DNA of 64,000 nt from Deltaproteobacteria bacterium (lineage in GTDB: Bacteria; UBA10199; JADGCS01), in assembly GCA_024233595.1 (NCBI GenBank), contig JACKPK010000001.1, forward strand, positions 153,260 to 217,259, given 5' to 3'. Shown piece by piece: positions 10,561-21,475 of the stretch. The translations under genes were made by a program, and so were the position numbers. Below the pieces are notes generated by a model. It saw only the letters and a list, made by a program, of their open reading frames with translations, had not been told where the DNA came from and searched no databases. How positions within the stretch are numbered: the stretch's first letter is position 1; each line of letters begins with the position of its first letter.

Positions 10561-11177
10561 AGCACGCTCCATTGGTTCACAAAAGCGATGACTCCCAAGC
10601 CAAATAACAACGCGTTCCCACCTAACCAAAGATTACGGAGCAATGAACCTTGATCCCAGCGTGAGACAAAAGCGTGTTCTGTGAAAAAAGACCGCCCTAA
10701 AAGATAAAGGTACGCAATGAGTGCTGCAAAACCAACCCAGTAAGCGCTCATCAGAAAGACATTGGCGTGCAAAGCAAGCACCATCTGATAAACCTGATGA
10801 CCCATGAGTCCCTGTTGCACAGCTTGCCCCCAATAAAAAAGGTGCGCGCCCCAAAAGGCCGCAACCAAAGGCAAAAGCAAATTTTGCAAAGTGGGAAACA
10901 AAAAGATTTTTTTGTTTAAAACCTGCGGCAACACCAACAGCTCTTTTAATAAAAACAAACTCAGAGGGACAATGAGAAACACGAGCTCAACAAATAAAAA
11001 GCCTGGGAATTGTTGCCACAAAAACAACGCCTCCAAAACCTGTTTTGGAGAATACAAAAGCGTGTAAACAGCCAACAGCTGCCACAACACAAAGCCAAAT
11101 AGGCAAAGCAGTGCCCACGCGTTTGCAAAAAACGCAAAAAGGTAGTTTTTGATGACGTCTTGAGGACAGGCGGTCAT
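10557..11177 (-). CDS. Divergent SdhC-like five-TM membrane anchor lacking most heme His ligands
   Basis: About 206 aa with five hydrophobic segments, first gene of the C-A-B order, directly downstream of mdh; only one His at a heme-ligand-like position (FWGAHL). Confidence 0.7.
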   Translation of the reverse strand: MTACPQDVIKNYLFAFFANAWALLCLFGFVLWQLLAVYTLLYSPKQVLEALFLWQQFPGFLFVELVFLIVPLSLFLLKELLVLPQVLNKKIFLFPTLQNLLLPLVAAFWGAHLFYWGQAVQQGLMGHQVYQMVLALHANVFLMSAYWVGFAALIAYLYLLGRSFFTEHAFVSRWDQGSLLRNLWLGGNALLFGLGVIAFVNQWSVL

Positions 11178-11222
11178 GCGCTCATCATGTGCTCTCACTG
11201 TGCAAAGGTCAAGCTTGAAGGC

Positions 11223-12176
<954 letters not shown>

Positions 12177-12187
12177 CTATTTTTAAA

Positions 12188-13443
12188 TTACATATTAGAC
12201 ACAATCGCGTCCCCAAATTCAGAGCATTTGAGAAGCGTTGCGTTTTCCATTAAACGTTCAAAATCGTAAGTGACCTTTTTTTCTGAGATGGTTTTTTCCA
12301 TGGCGCTCACGATTAAATCCGCCGCTTCCTGCCACCCAAGGTACTCTAACATGAGCACACCAGATAAAATCACCGATCCAGGATTCACTTTGTCTAAACC
12401 AGCGTACTTAGGCGCTGTGCCGTGAGTGGCTTCAAAAATAGCCACACCCGTGTTGTAGTTGATGTTGCCACCAGGCGCAATGCCAATGCCACCAACCTGA
12501 GCCGCCAAAGCGTCTGACACATAGTCACCATTTAAATTGAGAGTCGCGATGACATCGTACTCAGCAGGACAAGCAAGATTTGCTGCAAGAACGCATCGGC
12601 AATGACATCTTTAATGATGAGTTCTTTGCCATCTTTTTTAATGACCTGCCAAGGACCACCATCTAAATCTTTTGCGCCAAACTCATCTTTAGCCACTTGG
12701 TAACCCCAATCACAAAACGCACCTTCAGTGAATTTCATGATGTTGCCTTTGTGCACCAAGGTGACCGACTTGCGGTTGTGATCTAAGGCGTAGTTGATGG
12801 CCGCACGCACCAAACGAGCTGTTCCTTCTTGCGAAACAGGTTTAATGCCAATGCCTGATGTTTCTGGGAAACGAATTTTTTTAACGCCCATTTCGTTTTC
12901 GATGAAAGCGATGACTTTTTTGGCTTCGTCGGTTCCTTCTGCCCATTCAATGCCGGCGTAGATGTCTTCTGTGTTTTCACGAAAGATAACCATATCGACA
13001 AGCTCTGGTTTTTTAACCGGAGAAGGCACGCCCGAAAAATAACGCACAGGGCGCAAACAGGTGTAAAGGTCCAAACGCTGACGCAAGGTCACGTTCAAAC
13101 TACGAATGCCTTTGCCAACAGGCGTGGTCAAAGGTCCTTTAATGGACACAAGATGTTTTTCGATTTCGGTGATTGTTTCTTCAGGCAAAAAGTTTGCGGG
13201 GCAATCGTTACCGTAAACCTCTTTGGCTTTTTCGCCAGCGTAAACTTCGTACCAAGCGATTTTACGATCGCCGTTGTAGGCTTTTTGCACAGCAGCATCG
13301 AACACACGCGACGCAGCTTTCCAGATATCGGGGCCAATGCCATCACCTTCAATGAAAGGGATGATTGGGTTTTGCGGAACATCGAGTTTTCCGTTTTTAA
13401 TGGTGATATTTTGGCCATCACTGGGTCGTTTTAAGTAAGTCAT
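12188..13443 (-). CDS. icd: NADP-dependent isocitrate dehydrogenase, single 1-bp deletion near 12560
   Basis: [46 protein letters not shown]. Restoring one C gives [33 protein letters not shown], joining both ORF-track pieces. Confidence 0.95.
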
Positions 13444-13597
13444 GCAATTCCTTTATTTACACAAAGATCAAAAAGCCTCTAAAAGACATTTACTAGTAAT
13501 GAAGGCACTCCCCGATCGTCAAGTTCATTTGCCTTTACACAAAAGCCAAGCTACAGTATTGTGCCCGCGACATTTTATATCTGATGTCACTGTGCCT

Positions 13598-13623
13598 TTT
13601 TCTTAAGCTTGGGCTTAAGAAAA
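13598..13623. promoter_or_regulatory. Perfect 11-bp inverted repeat in the divergent icd/sdhC intergenic region
   Basis: TTTTCTTAAGC-TTGG-GCTTAAGAAAA, about 50 bp upstream of the sdhC ATG. Confidence 0.4.
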
Positions 13624-13675
13624 TTAAATATTTATTTAGAAAATCTTAAACGCGCTGACTCATTTTGGAGCCCTT

Positions 13676-14344
13676 ATGTTTTCGTTTCTTTGTTCCTCTC
13701 TTGGTAAAAAATACCTCATGGCTTTAACAGGCCTTGGCCTCATCGGTTTTGTGATCGCACACTTAATCGGAAACCTTCAGGTTTTTGCTGGTCCCGAAGC
13801 CATTAACTCTTATGCTCAAACTTTAAAAGACCTTGGCCCCCTTCTTTGGGTCGCACGCGGTGGTCTCATTGTGCTCTTTGTCACTCACCTCACTTTAGCG
13901 TTGCAACTTAACCGCACCAACCAAATGGCTCGGCCCATTGCTTACGCCAAAGCCGACACCATCAAAGCCACCCTCACTTCGCGCACCATGGTTTTGAGTG
14001 GCCTCCTTATATTATTGTATGTGATCTACCACCTCTTGCACTTCACCATCCACATCATCGACCCATCCTACACAGCGCTTCTGGACGCGCAAGGTCGTCA
14101 CGATGTCTACCAAATGATCATCGCCGGCTTTTCGCACCCTGTGATCACAACCACTTATTTGCTCGCCATGTTTGTGTTGGCGGCTCACTTGCACCACGGC
14201 GCATCCAGTGTGTTTCAAACATTAGGACTTAACAACGGCAAATACCGTCCTATCACTTCTCTTATTGGACCAGCTTTGGCATTCTTGGTGTTTGTGGGTT
14301 ACGGCTCTATCCCTGTTGGGGTCATGTTGGGCTGGATCAACTAA
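13676..14344 (+). CDS. sdhC: Succinate dehydrogenase/fumarate reductase diheme cytochrome b subunit
   Basis: SSLGKKYLMALTG, His ligands in FVIAHL, FVTHL, IYHLLH and AAHLHHG. Confidence 0.93.
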   Translation: MFSFLCSSLGKKYLMALTGLGLIGFVIAHLIGNLQVFAGPEAINSYAQTLKDLGPLLWVARGGLIVLFVTHLTLALQLNRTNQMARPIAYAKADTIKATLTSRTMVLSGLLILLYVIYHLLHFTIHIIDPSYTALLDAQGRHDVYQMIIAGFSHPVITTTYLLAMFVLAAHLHHGASSVFQTLGLNNGKYRPITSLIGPALAFLVFVGYGSIPVGVMLGWIN

Positions 14345-14392
14345 GGGCATTGCAGATCATTTCATTATTTTTAATTATTTAGGATAACGCTT

Positions 14393-16306
14393 ATGAAACT
14401 CGATTCAAAAATTCCTAGTGGGCCAATCGAAAAAAAATGGGATCAACACAAGTTCGACATGAAACTTGTGAACCCGGCCAACAAAAGAAAATTCAAAGTC
14501 ATCATTGTGGGAAGTGGTTTGGCTGGAGCTTCTGCTGCCGCCACCATGGCTGAGCTCGGATACGACGTTCACTGCTTCACCTTCCACGATAGCCCAAGAC
14601 GCGCGCACAGCATTGCGGCTCAGGGTGGCATCAACGCCGCTAAAAATTACCAGAACGACGGCGACTCCATTTACCGTTTGTTCTACGATACCGTCAAAGG
14701 CGGTGACTTCCGATCGCGCGAAGCCAACGTTTACCGATTGGCACAAGTGAGCGTGAACATCATCGATCAATGCGTGGCGCAAGGTGTTCCTTTTGCACGC
14801 GACTACGGTGGCTATTTGGCCAACCGCTCTTTTGGTGGCGCGCAGGTTTCAAGAACCTTTTACGCTCGCGGGCAAACAGGCCAACAACTTTTATTGGGTG
14901 CCTACTCTGCTTTGAGCCGTCAGATTGGCGCGGGCAAAGTCAAAATGTACAACCGCACCGAAATGCTCGATTTGGTTTTGGTCGATGGTCACGCACGCGG
15001 CATCATCACTCGTAATTTAAAAACCGGTAAAGTCGAATCACACGCGGGCGACGCAGTGGTCTTGGCCACTGGTGGTTACAGCAACGTTTTCTTTTTATCG
15101 ACCAACGCCATGGGTTGTAACGTGACAGCCGCTTACCGTGCTTACAAAAAAGGCGCGGGCTTTGCGAACCCTTGTTACACACAGATTCACCCCACTTGCA
15201 TCCCTGTTTCGGGCGATCACCAAAGTAAACTCACTTTGATGTCCGAATCACTCAGAAACGACGGCCGCATTTGGGTTCCCAAACAACAAGGCGATAAACG
15301 CAAGCCAAGTGAAATTCCCGATGCAGAACGCGATTACTACCTAGAGCGCAAGTACCCAAGCTTTGGTAACTTGGCACCACGCGATATCGCATCGCGCTCT
15401 GCTAAAGAAGCCTGTGATGAAGGTCGCGGGGTTGGCGAAACTGGATTGGGTGTTTACCTTGATTTTAGAGATTCAATCAAACGTTTGGGCAAAGATGTCA
15501 TTGAGCAACGCTATGGCAACTTGTTCGAAATGTACGAACGCATCACAGACGAAAACCCATACCAAGTGCCCATGCGCATCTTCCCTGCTCCTCACTACAC
15601 CATGGGTGGACTTTGGGTCGATTACAACCTCATGAGCACAATCCCAGGCTTGCATGTTTTGGGTGAAGCTAACTTCTCAGATCATGGTGCCAACCGTTTG
15701 GGGGCCAGCGCTCTCATGCAAGGTTTGGCAGATGGTTATTTTGTCATCCCTTACACCATTGGTCATTACTTTGCTTCGCACAAAATCGAAAAGATCACCG
15801 AAGATCACCCTGCGTTTAAAGAAGCCGAAGCCGAGGTGAATCAAAAAATCAACAAACTCCTCAATGTTAAAGGCAGCCGCACAACAGATTCGTTCCACAA
15901 AGAATTAGGACGTGTCATGTGGGATAACTGCGGCATGGCTCGTAACAAAAAAGGTTTGGAAGAAGCCCTTAAAAAAATCCCAAGCATTCGTGAAGAATTC
16001 TGGAACAACGTTAAGGTTCTTGGCGAAAACGAAAACTACAACGTGGCACTCGAAAAAGCGGGCCGCGTTGCGGATTTCTTGGAGTTTGGTGAAATGATGT
16101 GCTTAGATGCCCTTCGTCGCGAAGAATCGTGTGGTGGTCATTTTAGAACCGAACACCAAACAGAAGAAGGCGAAGCCAAACGAAACGACAAAGACTTTTC
16201 TCATGCTACAGTTTGGGAGTTCCAAGGTGTTGGCAAAGAACCTGTTGAGCACCGCGAGCAACTCGAGTTTGAAAACGTGGCATTGGCAGTAAGAAGTTAT
16301 AAATAA
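14393..16306 (+). CDS. sdhA: Succinate dehydrogenase/fumarate reductase flavoprotein
   Basis: [17 protein letters not shown] (covalent-FAD His), [39 protein letters not shown] all intact. Confidence 0.97.
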   Translation: MKLDSKIPSGPIEKKWDQHKFDMKLVNPANKRKFKVIIVGSGLAGASAAATMAELGYDVHCFTFHDSPRRAHSIAAQGGINAAKNYQNDGDSIYRLFYDTVKGGDFRSREANVYRLAQVSVNIIDQCVAQGVPFARDYGGYLANRSFGGAQVSRTFYARGQTGQQLLLGAYSALSRQIGAGKVKMYNRTEMLDLVLVDGHARGIITRNLKTGKVESHAGDAVVLATGGYSNVFFLSTNAMGCNVTAAYRAYKKGAGFANPCYTQIHPTCIPVSGDHQSKLTLMSESLRNDGRIWVPKQQGDKRKPSEIPDAERDYYLERKYPSFGNLAPRDIASRSAKEACDEGRGVGETGLGVYLDFRDSIKRLGKDVIEQRYGNLFEMYERITDENPYQVPMRIFPAPHYTMGGLWVDYNLMSTIPGLHVLGEANFSDHGANRLGASALMQGLADGYFVIPYTIGHYFASHKIEKITEDHPAFKEAEAEVNQKINKLLNVKGSRTTDSFHKELGRVMWDNCGMARNKKGLEEALKKIPSIREEFWNNVKVLGENENYNVALEKAGRVADFLEFGEMMCLDALRREESCGGHFRTEHQTEEGEAKRNDKDFSHATVWEFQGVGKEPVEHREQLEFENVALAVRSYK

Positions 16307-16319
16307 AAAGGACAAGACC

Positions 16320-17063
16320 ATGAATTTGACCTTACACATTTGGCGACAAAAAGATCGCAACGACACAGGAAAAATGACCATCTACAAACTAGAAGACGTC
16401 AGCCCTGATATGTCTTTTTTGGAAATGTTAGACGTCCTAAACGAAAAGTTAGAAGTCGAAGGCGAAGAGCCCGTTGCTTTTGACCACGACTGTCGTGAAG
16501 GCATTTGCGGCACCTGCTCGCTCATGATCAATGGCAAAGCGCACGGACCACGTGCCAGCACAACCACTTGCCAATTGCACATGCGTGAATTCAAAGACGG
16601 CGACGAGATTTTCATTGAGCCTTGGCGCGCTGAAGCTTTCCCGATTGTGCGAGACTTAGTTGTCGATCGTTCTGCTTTTGACAAAGTCATTCAGGCAGGC
16701 GGCTACATTTCGGTGAATACGGGTAACGCGCAAGACGCCAACTGCATCCCTATTTCAAAAGAGCAAGCCGATATCGCTATGGATGCTGCGGCTTGCATTG
16801 GTTGCGGTGCCTGTGTGGCTCAATGTAAAAATTCATCTGCCATGTTGTTTGTGGCCGCTAAAGTGTCTCAGTTTGCCAACTTGCCCCAAGGTCAAGCAGA
16901 ACGCTACGCACGTGCAAAAAACATGGTGGCCGTCATGGACGACCAGCACTTTGGCAGCTGCACCAACCAATACGAATGTGAAGCGGCTTGCCCCAAAGAC
17001 ATCAGCGCTGATTTTATCGCGCAGCTAAACCGAGACTTTATGAAAGCAGGTCTGACAAAATAA
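16320..17063 (+). CDS. sdhB: Succinate dehydrogenase/fumarate reductase iron-sulfur subunit
   Basis: [10 protein letters not shown]...[28 protein letters not shown]: all three cluster motifs present. Confidence 0.96.
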   Translation: MNLTLHIWRQKDRNDTGKMTIYKLEDVSPDMSFLEMLDVLNEKLEVEGEEPVAFDHDCREGICGTCSLMINGKAHGPRASTTTCQLHMREFKDGDEIFIEPWRAEAFPIVRDLVVDRSAFDKVIQAGGYISVNTGNAQDANCIPISKEQADIAMDAAACIGCGACVAQCKNSSAMLFVAAKVSQFANLPQGQAERYARAKNMVAVMDDQHFGSCTNQYECEAACPKDISADFIAQLNRDFMKAGLTK

Positions 17064-17110
17064 AAAACAATTTAAGCCCCCAACCCTAACCAAAAAACAA
17101 GGCAAAGCAA

Positions 17111-17590
17111 ATGAAACCAAGCAAAGCAACCAAGCGGCAATTGAATGCCGAGTTATCGGCTATCGAAGATATCTATAGTGTTCTACTCAAACTCACTGCG
17201 GACCAACAAGAGTTTGTGCTGAGCACCGTTTTTCACCGATTGGGCCAAAGCCCAATGAGCTTAAAAAAGCTAGAACAAGGTCTTGTCAAAAAAGGCTCGC
17301 GCAAACGCGGCCGCCCTGTTGGCTCTAAGTCACAAAAGACAGTGCAACCTGACCCAAAAGCAAAAGCGTTTTTACAAGACAAAAGCCCTAAAACCGATGT
17401 GCAAAAAGCCGTGGTGATTGCAGGTTATTTAACACAAAAAGGAAAATCGCTTTTTAAAACAGGTGATGTGCGGATGGTGAATGAGCAAGCTGGACTTCGT
17501 CAGTTTGCCAACCCAACACAACCCTGGACCAAGCAGCGGCACAAGGCTTGTTGCTACAGGTTGGTAAGTCGCAGAAAAATTAACCTCTAA
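17111..17590 (+). CDS. Hypothetical basic protein with an AT-hook-like motif
   Basis: 159-aa ORF containing SRKRGRPVGSK; the C-terminus may be frameshifted. Confidence 0.55.
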   Translation: MKPSKATKRQLNAELSAIEDIYSVLLKLTADQQEFVLSTVFHRLGQSPMSLKKLEQGLVKKGSRKRGRPVGSKSQKTVQPDPKAKAFLQDKSPKTDVQKAVVIAGYLTQKGKSLFKTGDVRMVNEQAGLRQFANPTQPWTKQRHKACCYRLVSRRKINL

Positions 17591-17684
17591 AGGCAGAAGA
17601 CTTGTGGCGTCCTTGCCGGATTAAGATTCGCATGACGAAGGTGCTACTCCGGCCCTTCTTAATCGGCTCATAAAAATACGTCAT

Positions 17685-18733
17685 GAGTTCAATAAGTAAA
17701 TGCAACACCTAGTCATAAAAGAACCTCTCTGGGCTAGAGGATGTTCAAGAGTGAAAAGAGGTTGTTTACAGCTGTCATCTCTAAGAGGTATGTGATTCAA
17801 AAGGCTTTATGTGAATCACAAGTCCATTCGAGAGATAGCTAGGATTCTAGAACGATCCCCCAGTACAATCAGCAGAGAGCTAAGCCGTAATAGCTTAGAG
17901 AGTGGTCGGTATTTAGGTAAAAATGCCGAGAAAGTATCTGATGCAAGAAGGCGTCTTTCTAGAAAAGTGGAAAGAATCCAAAATATCCAAACTAGAGATT
18001 TTATTGAAGAAAAGCTCAAACAGGATTGGTCTCCAGAGCAGATTTCTGGGCGTTTAAAGCAATTAAAGGACTTTCGCCATGTCTGCCATGAAACAATCTA
18101 TCAGTGGATATACAGTGATCGTCCAGATCTGATTGTCTATTTAACCCGTAAGTTTAAAACGAGAATGCCAAGGGGTTATTCATTTAGATCTGGTCCTGGA
18201 AAGCATATTCCTTTCAAAACCCCCATATCAGAGCGTCCTCAAGAAGTGGATGATCGCAAAGAGTTTGGCCATTGGGAATCAGATCTTGTGGTTTCAAACA
18301 AAAATACCAGTTCGTTGTTAGTGACGGTTGAGAGAAAATCGCGTTTTGTGATCATTGGTAGAGTGGGCAATAAAAAGCCTCAAAACACCAGAAAGGCCCT
18401 CATAAACAACCTTTCCGAGGTTCCAGAGCATATGAGAAAATCAATTACATATGACAATGGGATGGAGAATAGAGATCATTGGAAGACCAATAAGGTTTTA
18501 AAAACCAAGTCCTACTTCTGCCAACCTTACCATAGCTGGGAGAAAGGAAGTGTTGAGAATACCAATGGGCTAATCAGAAGGTATCTACCTAAAAAGACAG
18601 ACCTGAGGAGAGTCAAAACCAAGAGATTGAAAGAAATACAGAATCTGCTAAACCATAGACCTAAAAAATGTCTCAACTTTTTAACCCCTTACGAGGTCTT
18701 CTCCTCCGGGTGTTGCACTTAGTTATTGAATCC
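17685..18733 (+). mobile_element. IS30-family insertion sequence
   Basis: 26-bp imperfect terminal inverted repeats (GAGTTCAATAAGTAAATGCAACACCT at 17685-17710 versus the reverse complement of 18708-18733, 21/26 identical) enclosing a transposase; no target duplication recognised. Confidence 0.9.
17811..18722 (+). CDS. IS30-family DDE transposase
   Basis: HTH SIREIARILERSPSTISREL, WSPEQIS, HETIY, GHWESD, ITYDNGME, WEKGSVENTNGLIRRYLPK, LNHRPKKCL. The extreme N-terminus (RYVIQKAL) lies in another frame just upstream. Confidence 0.93.
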   Translation: MNHKSIREIARILERSPSTISRELSRNSLESGRYLGKNAEKVSDARRRLSRKVERIQNIQTRDFIEEKLKQDWSPEQISGRLKQLKDFRHVCHETIYQWIYSDRPDLIVYLTRKFKTRMPRGYSFRSGPGKHIPFKTPISERPQEVDDRKEFGHWESDLVVSNKNTSSLLVTVERKSRFVIIGRVGNKKPQNTRKALINNLSEVPEHMRKSITYDNGMENRDHWKTNKVLKTKSYFCQPYHSWEKGSVENTNGLIRRYLPKKTDLRRVKTKRLKEIQNLLNHRPKKCLNFLTPYEVFSSGCCT

Positions 18734-18857
18734 GCCCGTACTCAGTACGTACATTACTTTCATAAATAATATATCTATTTGTATTTATTATATTTTTTAA
18801 TATTATAAAAAACAGAGTGGTCTTAGGCCTGTTTTAGGGATTAGAGGCTAAAGGCCA

Positions 18858-19098
18858 GTAGTGGCCGTTCGCGAACGGCCAAGAAAATTGCATTAGAATT
18901 ATGGTCGCTCACGAGCGACCACTACATTTTAATGAATAGTGAAGCTGGATTGCTTCGCTGCGCTCGCAATGACAGCAGAACAGTGGAACAAATAGATCAG
19001 TAGAACTTCTTTACCTAGGCTCCTAGGCACCTAAGCACTTACCTGTCGCGCCGTAGTCCGTCCGCCTTAGGCGGAGCGGACGAAGGCAGAAGCTCTTA
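18858..19098. repeat. REP-mosaic direct repeat, copy 1 (241 bp)
   Basis: Near-identical to 20503-20779. Contains GTAGTGGCCGTTCGCGAACGGCC, GGTCGCTCACGAGCGACCACTAC, GGATTGCTTCGCTGCGCTCGCAATGAC and GTCCGTCCGCCTTAGGCGGAGCGGAC palindromes. Confidence 0.95.
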
Positions 19099-19199
19099 GG
19101 TACAATAATTACGAGTCTCTTGCAATTCAATGCCCCTTTAGCGTACAGCCCAATCAACCTCCAAAAGAGCTGCTGATCAACGTTTGACAAGGACTCGCT

Positions 19200-20486
19200 A
19201 TGCAACCTGGATTAACCGCAACAACACCTCACATCGTCAACATCGCTGCTGATGAACTCGTACCCGATTTACAAGCACTTTCTCCCTCACTGGAGTTTCT
19301 TGGCAGACTCAACGAAGGAGTCGATGTGTCTGGACTAAACGCAGCGGGAATCGATGCTGCCCGCATTGTAGGGCCTGTTACACAGCACGCAGGCTTTGTG
19401 CGCGTTGATCTTCTTTCAACAAACAGAGAGCCGGGACAAGCCTACCTTCACACTCCCTACATTGGCACTGTGGTGAATGGCAGGCCTGTTCTTTACCGCG
19501 CTGATGGTGTTCCCCAGATAAGAAGAGTTCCCATTTCAAGAACTCAAGATAGCGCGCTTTTTGAAGAATTAGCACCAAGACAAACAGTCCAGGTGCCTAC
19601 GTTTTGGAGTCGTTTTCTGCCAAGTGTTTTTAAACCTAAAAGAGAACAACAAGATGCAAAATTAATCGAACTCGGCCCTTGGGTCCCAGAAAACGATGGC
19701 CAGTTGCGCGACGCTTTGGTCAAATCAGCCTTGCTTCTAGACAAGCCTGATCTGAGTCTGGTTCCAGACCAAGCTCTGCGTGATCACCTGGAATTCTTAG
19801 CTTTAGTGAATTTCATGTCAGCCAATTTTGTTTTCCCCGAGCTAGACAGCCACCCCTTGGTTACAGACCGCACACAAACTGAATATGAAGAGGATGTGAA
19901 TCAGATTTTAAAGGGATTGCAAGAATTAGACAAAAATAGCTTACTTACTTTTGAAACAACTCATTTGGCCGAAGCGCTAGTAAGCGCTCGCTGGTTTGCA
20001 CACATCATTGATCAATTTGCGACTGAATCTGACGATGACATTTTAAACATGGCACGGGTGTCAGAATACTTTGAGCACCGTTGGGCCCCCGCTGTGATTC
20101 TCTCTCTTAAAGGCGGCGAAAACAACATAAGCGCTCTTTTTGGCGAACTAGAAAACGTTGCTGACAACTATGCCAGTTGGGAATCTCAAAGAGGCCAACA
20201 CTGGGGCACGGCCTATGAACAAATCCTCACCGAAGCTTTGATTTTAGCCAAGGCCCATTCTCCGCAAGATGTGATCACCAAGATCCGTTTGCTGACACAA
20301 CTGGAAAAACGAGAAGACCTGAAACACGCTGCCAAGCTTGCTGGCCAAGCACTCTCAGATCATGCTCTGGCAGATGCGTTTTGGTATGGATCCACAACTC
20401 ACACAGCAGCCGATCATAAAACCATGCTGCATTACTTTACGGCACGATCAAGACAACAAGACTACAGCCCTTTTTTAATTCCCTGA
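19200..20486 (+). CDS. Hypothetical 428-aa protein bracketed by the direct repeats
   Basis: Long open frame with an AAGGA RBS; no signal peptide, TM segment or recognisable motif. Confidence 0.8.
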   Translation: MQPGLTATTPHIVNIAADELVPDLQALSPSLEFLGRLNEGVDVSGLNAAGIDAARIVGPVTQHAGFVRVDLLSTNREPGQAYLHTPYIGTVVNGRPVLYRADGVPQIRRVPISRTQDSALFEELAPRQTVQVPTFWSRFLPSVFKPKREQQDAKLIELGPWVPENDGQLRDALVKSALLLDKPDLSLVPDQALRDHLEFLALVNFMSANFVFPELDSHPLVTDRTQTEYEEDVNQILKGLQELDKNSLLTFETTHLAEALVSARWFAHIIDQFATESDDDILNMARVSEYFEHRWAPAVILSLKGGENNISALFGELENVADNYASWESQRGQHWGTAYEQILTEALILAKAHSPQDVITKIRLLTQLEKREDLKHAAKLAGQALSDHALADAFWYGSTTHTAADHKTMLHYFTARSRQQDYSPFLIP

Positions 20487-20502
20487 TGATTATTAAAACT
20501 CT

Positions 20503-20779
20503 GTAGTGGCCGTTCGCGAACGGCCAAGAAAATTGCATTAGAATTATGGTCGCTCACGAGCGACCACTACACTTTACTTTAATGAATAGTGAAGCTGGAT
20601 TGCTTCGCTGCGCTCGCAATGACAGCAGAACAGTGGAACAAATAGATCAGTAGAACTTCTTTACCTAGGCTCCTAGGCACCTAAGCACTTACCTGTCGCG
20701 CCGAAGCTTTAGTGGAGGCGGACCTGTCGCGCAGTAGTCCGTCCGCCTTAGGCGGAGCGGACAAAGGCGGAAGCTCTTA
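20503..20779. repeat. REP-mosaic direct repeat, copy 2 (277 bp)
   Basis: As copy 1 plus a 5-bp and a 31-bp insertion (AAGCTTTAGTGGAGGCGGACCTGTCGCGCAG). Confidence 0.95.
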
Positions 20780-20791
20780 AGCACAACAAAC

Positions 20792-21019
20792 TCACGCCCC
20801 GCGCTCTTCTTCGTAACGCTTACGCAATGGCGCCGTGAGCTTGCGCCCGGCCAGCACCAAAAACACCGCTGCGGGGCCATGAAAAAACATCATGAACTCC
20901 GGGTGTCCCATGCCGCGTTTGACGAAGATGCCGAGAAAAATCAGAAAAGCAAAGATCGAAAAAAACACCCAGCCTATGCGGATTTCTCGCTTGATTTGAT
21001 GCGCTTCCAATGTCGCCAT
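20792..21019 (-). CDS. Small two-TM membrane protein
   Basis: 75-aa ORF with two hydrophobic segments, last gene of a small cluster divergent from the oxidase operon. Confidence 0.6.
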   Translation of the reverse strand: MATLEAHQIKREIRIGWVFFSIFAFLIFLGIFVKRGMGHPEFMMFFHGPAAVFLVLAGRKLTAPLRKRYEEERGA

Positions 21020-21348
21020 AAAATACCTCCCAAGACCACGGACAAAGCCACGAAGAAAAAACCAAATTCGATCGAAAAAGGCAAAAAGATTTGCTGCCCG
21101 ACCGAGAACGGGTACGAAAAATTTTCGTCGTCCGCTTTGACCTGCAATAAAAAGTCACCTGTTTGTTCCAACCAAAACTGCGCCTGGTAGCCCTCTTGAA
21201 ACACCTCGGCTTCCACATGAAACGCGTCAACGTGACTTTCTTTGGATTGCGGCAAAACCACAATCTCGGGTTCACTCTGCGTTTCGGTGATGTTCACCGT
21301 CACCGGCACCAAGGTGCGCACGCTCTCCGGATTGACTTCGACTTTCAT
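20974..21348 (-). CDS. Hypothetical beta-rich protein with C-terminal TM (FixH/YtkA-like, tentative)
   Basis: MKVEVNPES...YQAQFWLEQTGDFLLQV followed by a TM helix; adjacent to the cbb3-like operon. Confidence 0.5.
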   Translation of the reverse strand: MKVEVNPESVRTLVPVTVNITETQSEPEIVVLPQSKESHVDAFHVEAEVFQEGYQAQFWLEQTGDFLLQVKADDENFSYPFSVGQQIFLPFSIEFGFFFVALSVVLGGILWRHWKRIKSSEKSA

Positions 21349-21475
21349 GATTGTGATCTTTCTTTGCTGTTTTAATGTACCAGATGGTCGCAGCAATACC
21401 CAACACAACACTGAGCTCCATGAGATGAATCATAAACTCAAAAATGGTGTTGTCGGTCATCATTCCCTGATCCAT
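21272..21475 (-). CDS. Small single-TM hypothetical protein
   Basis: MDQGMMTDNTIFEFMIHLMELSVVLGIAATIWYIK; overlaps the next ORF by 77 bp, so the two may be one frameshifted gene. Confidence 0.4.
   Translation of the reverse strand: MDQGMMTDNTIFEFMIHLMELSVVLGIAATIWYIKTAKKDHNHESRSQSGERAHLGAGDGEHHRNAE

Noticed and set aside
12188-13443. icd as a true pseudogene or programmed frameshift
   Set aside because: A single missing base restores a fully conserved sequence, no slippery site is evident, and nearby genes show similar indels.
18858-20779. CRISPR array or integron cassette
   Set aside because: Only two long repeats, no regular spacers, no cas or integrase gene, and no attC RYYYAAC/GTTRRRY ends recognised.
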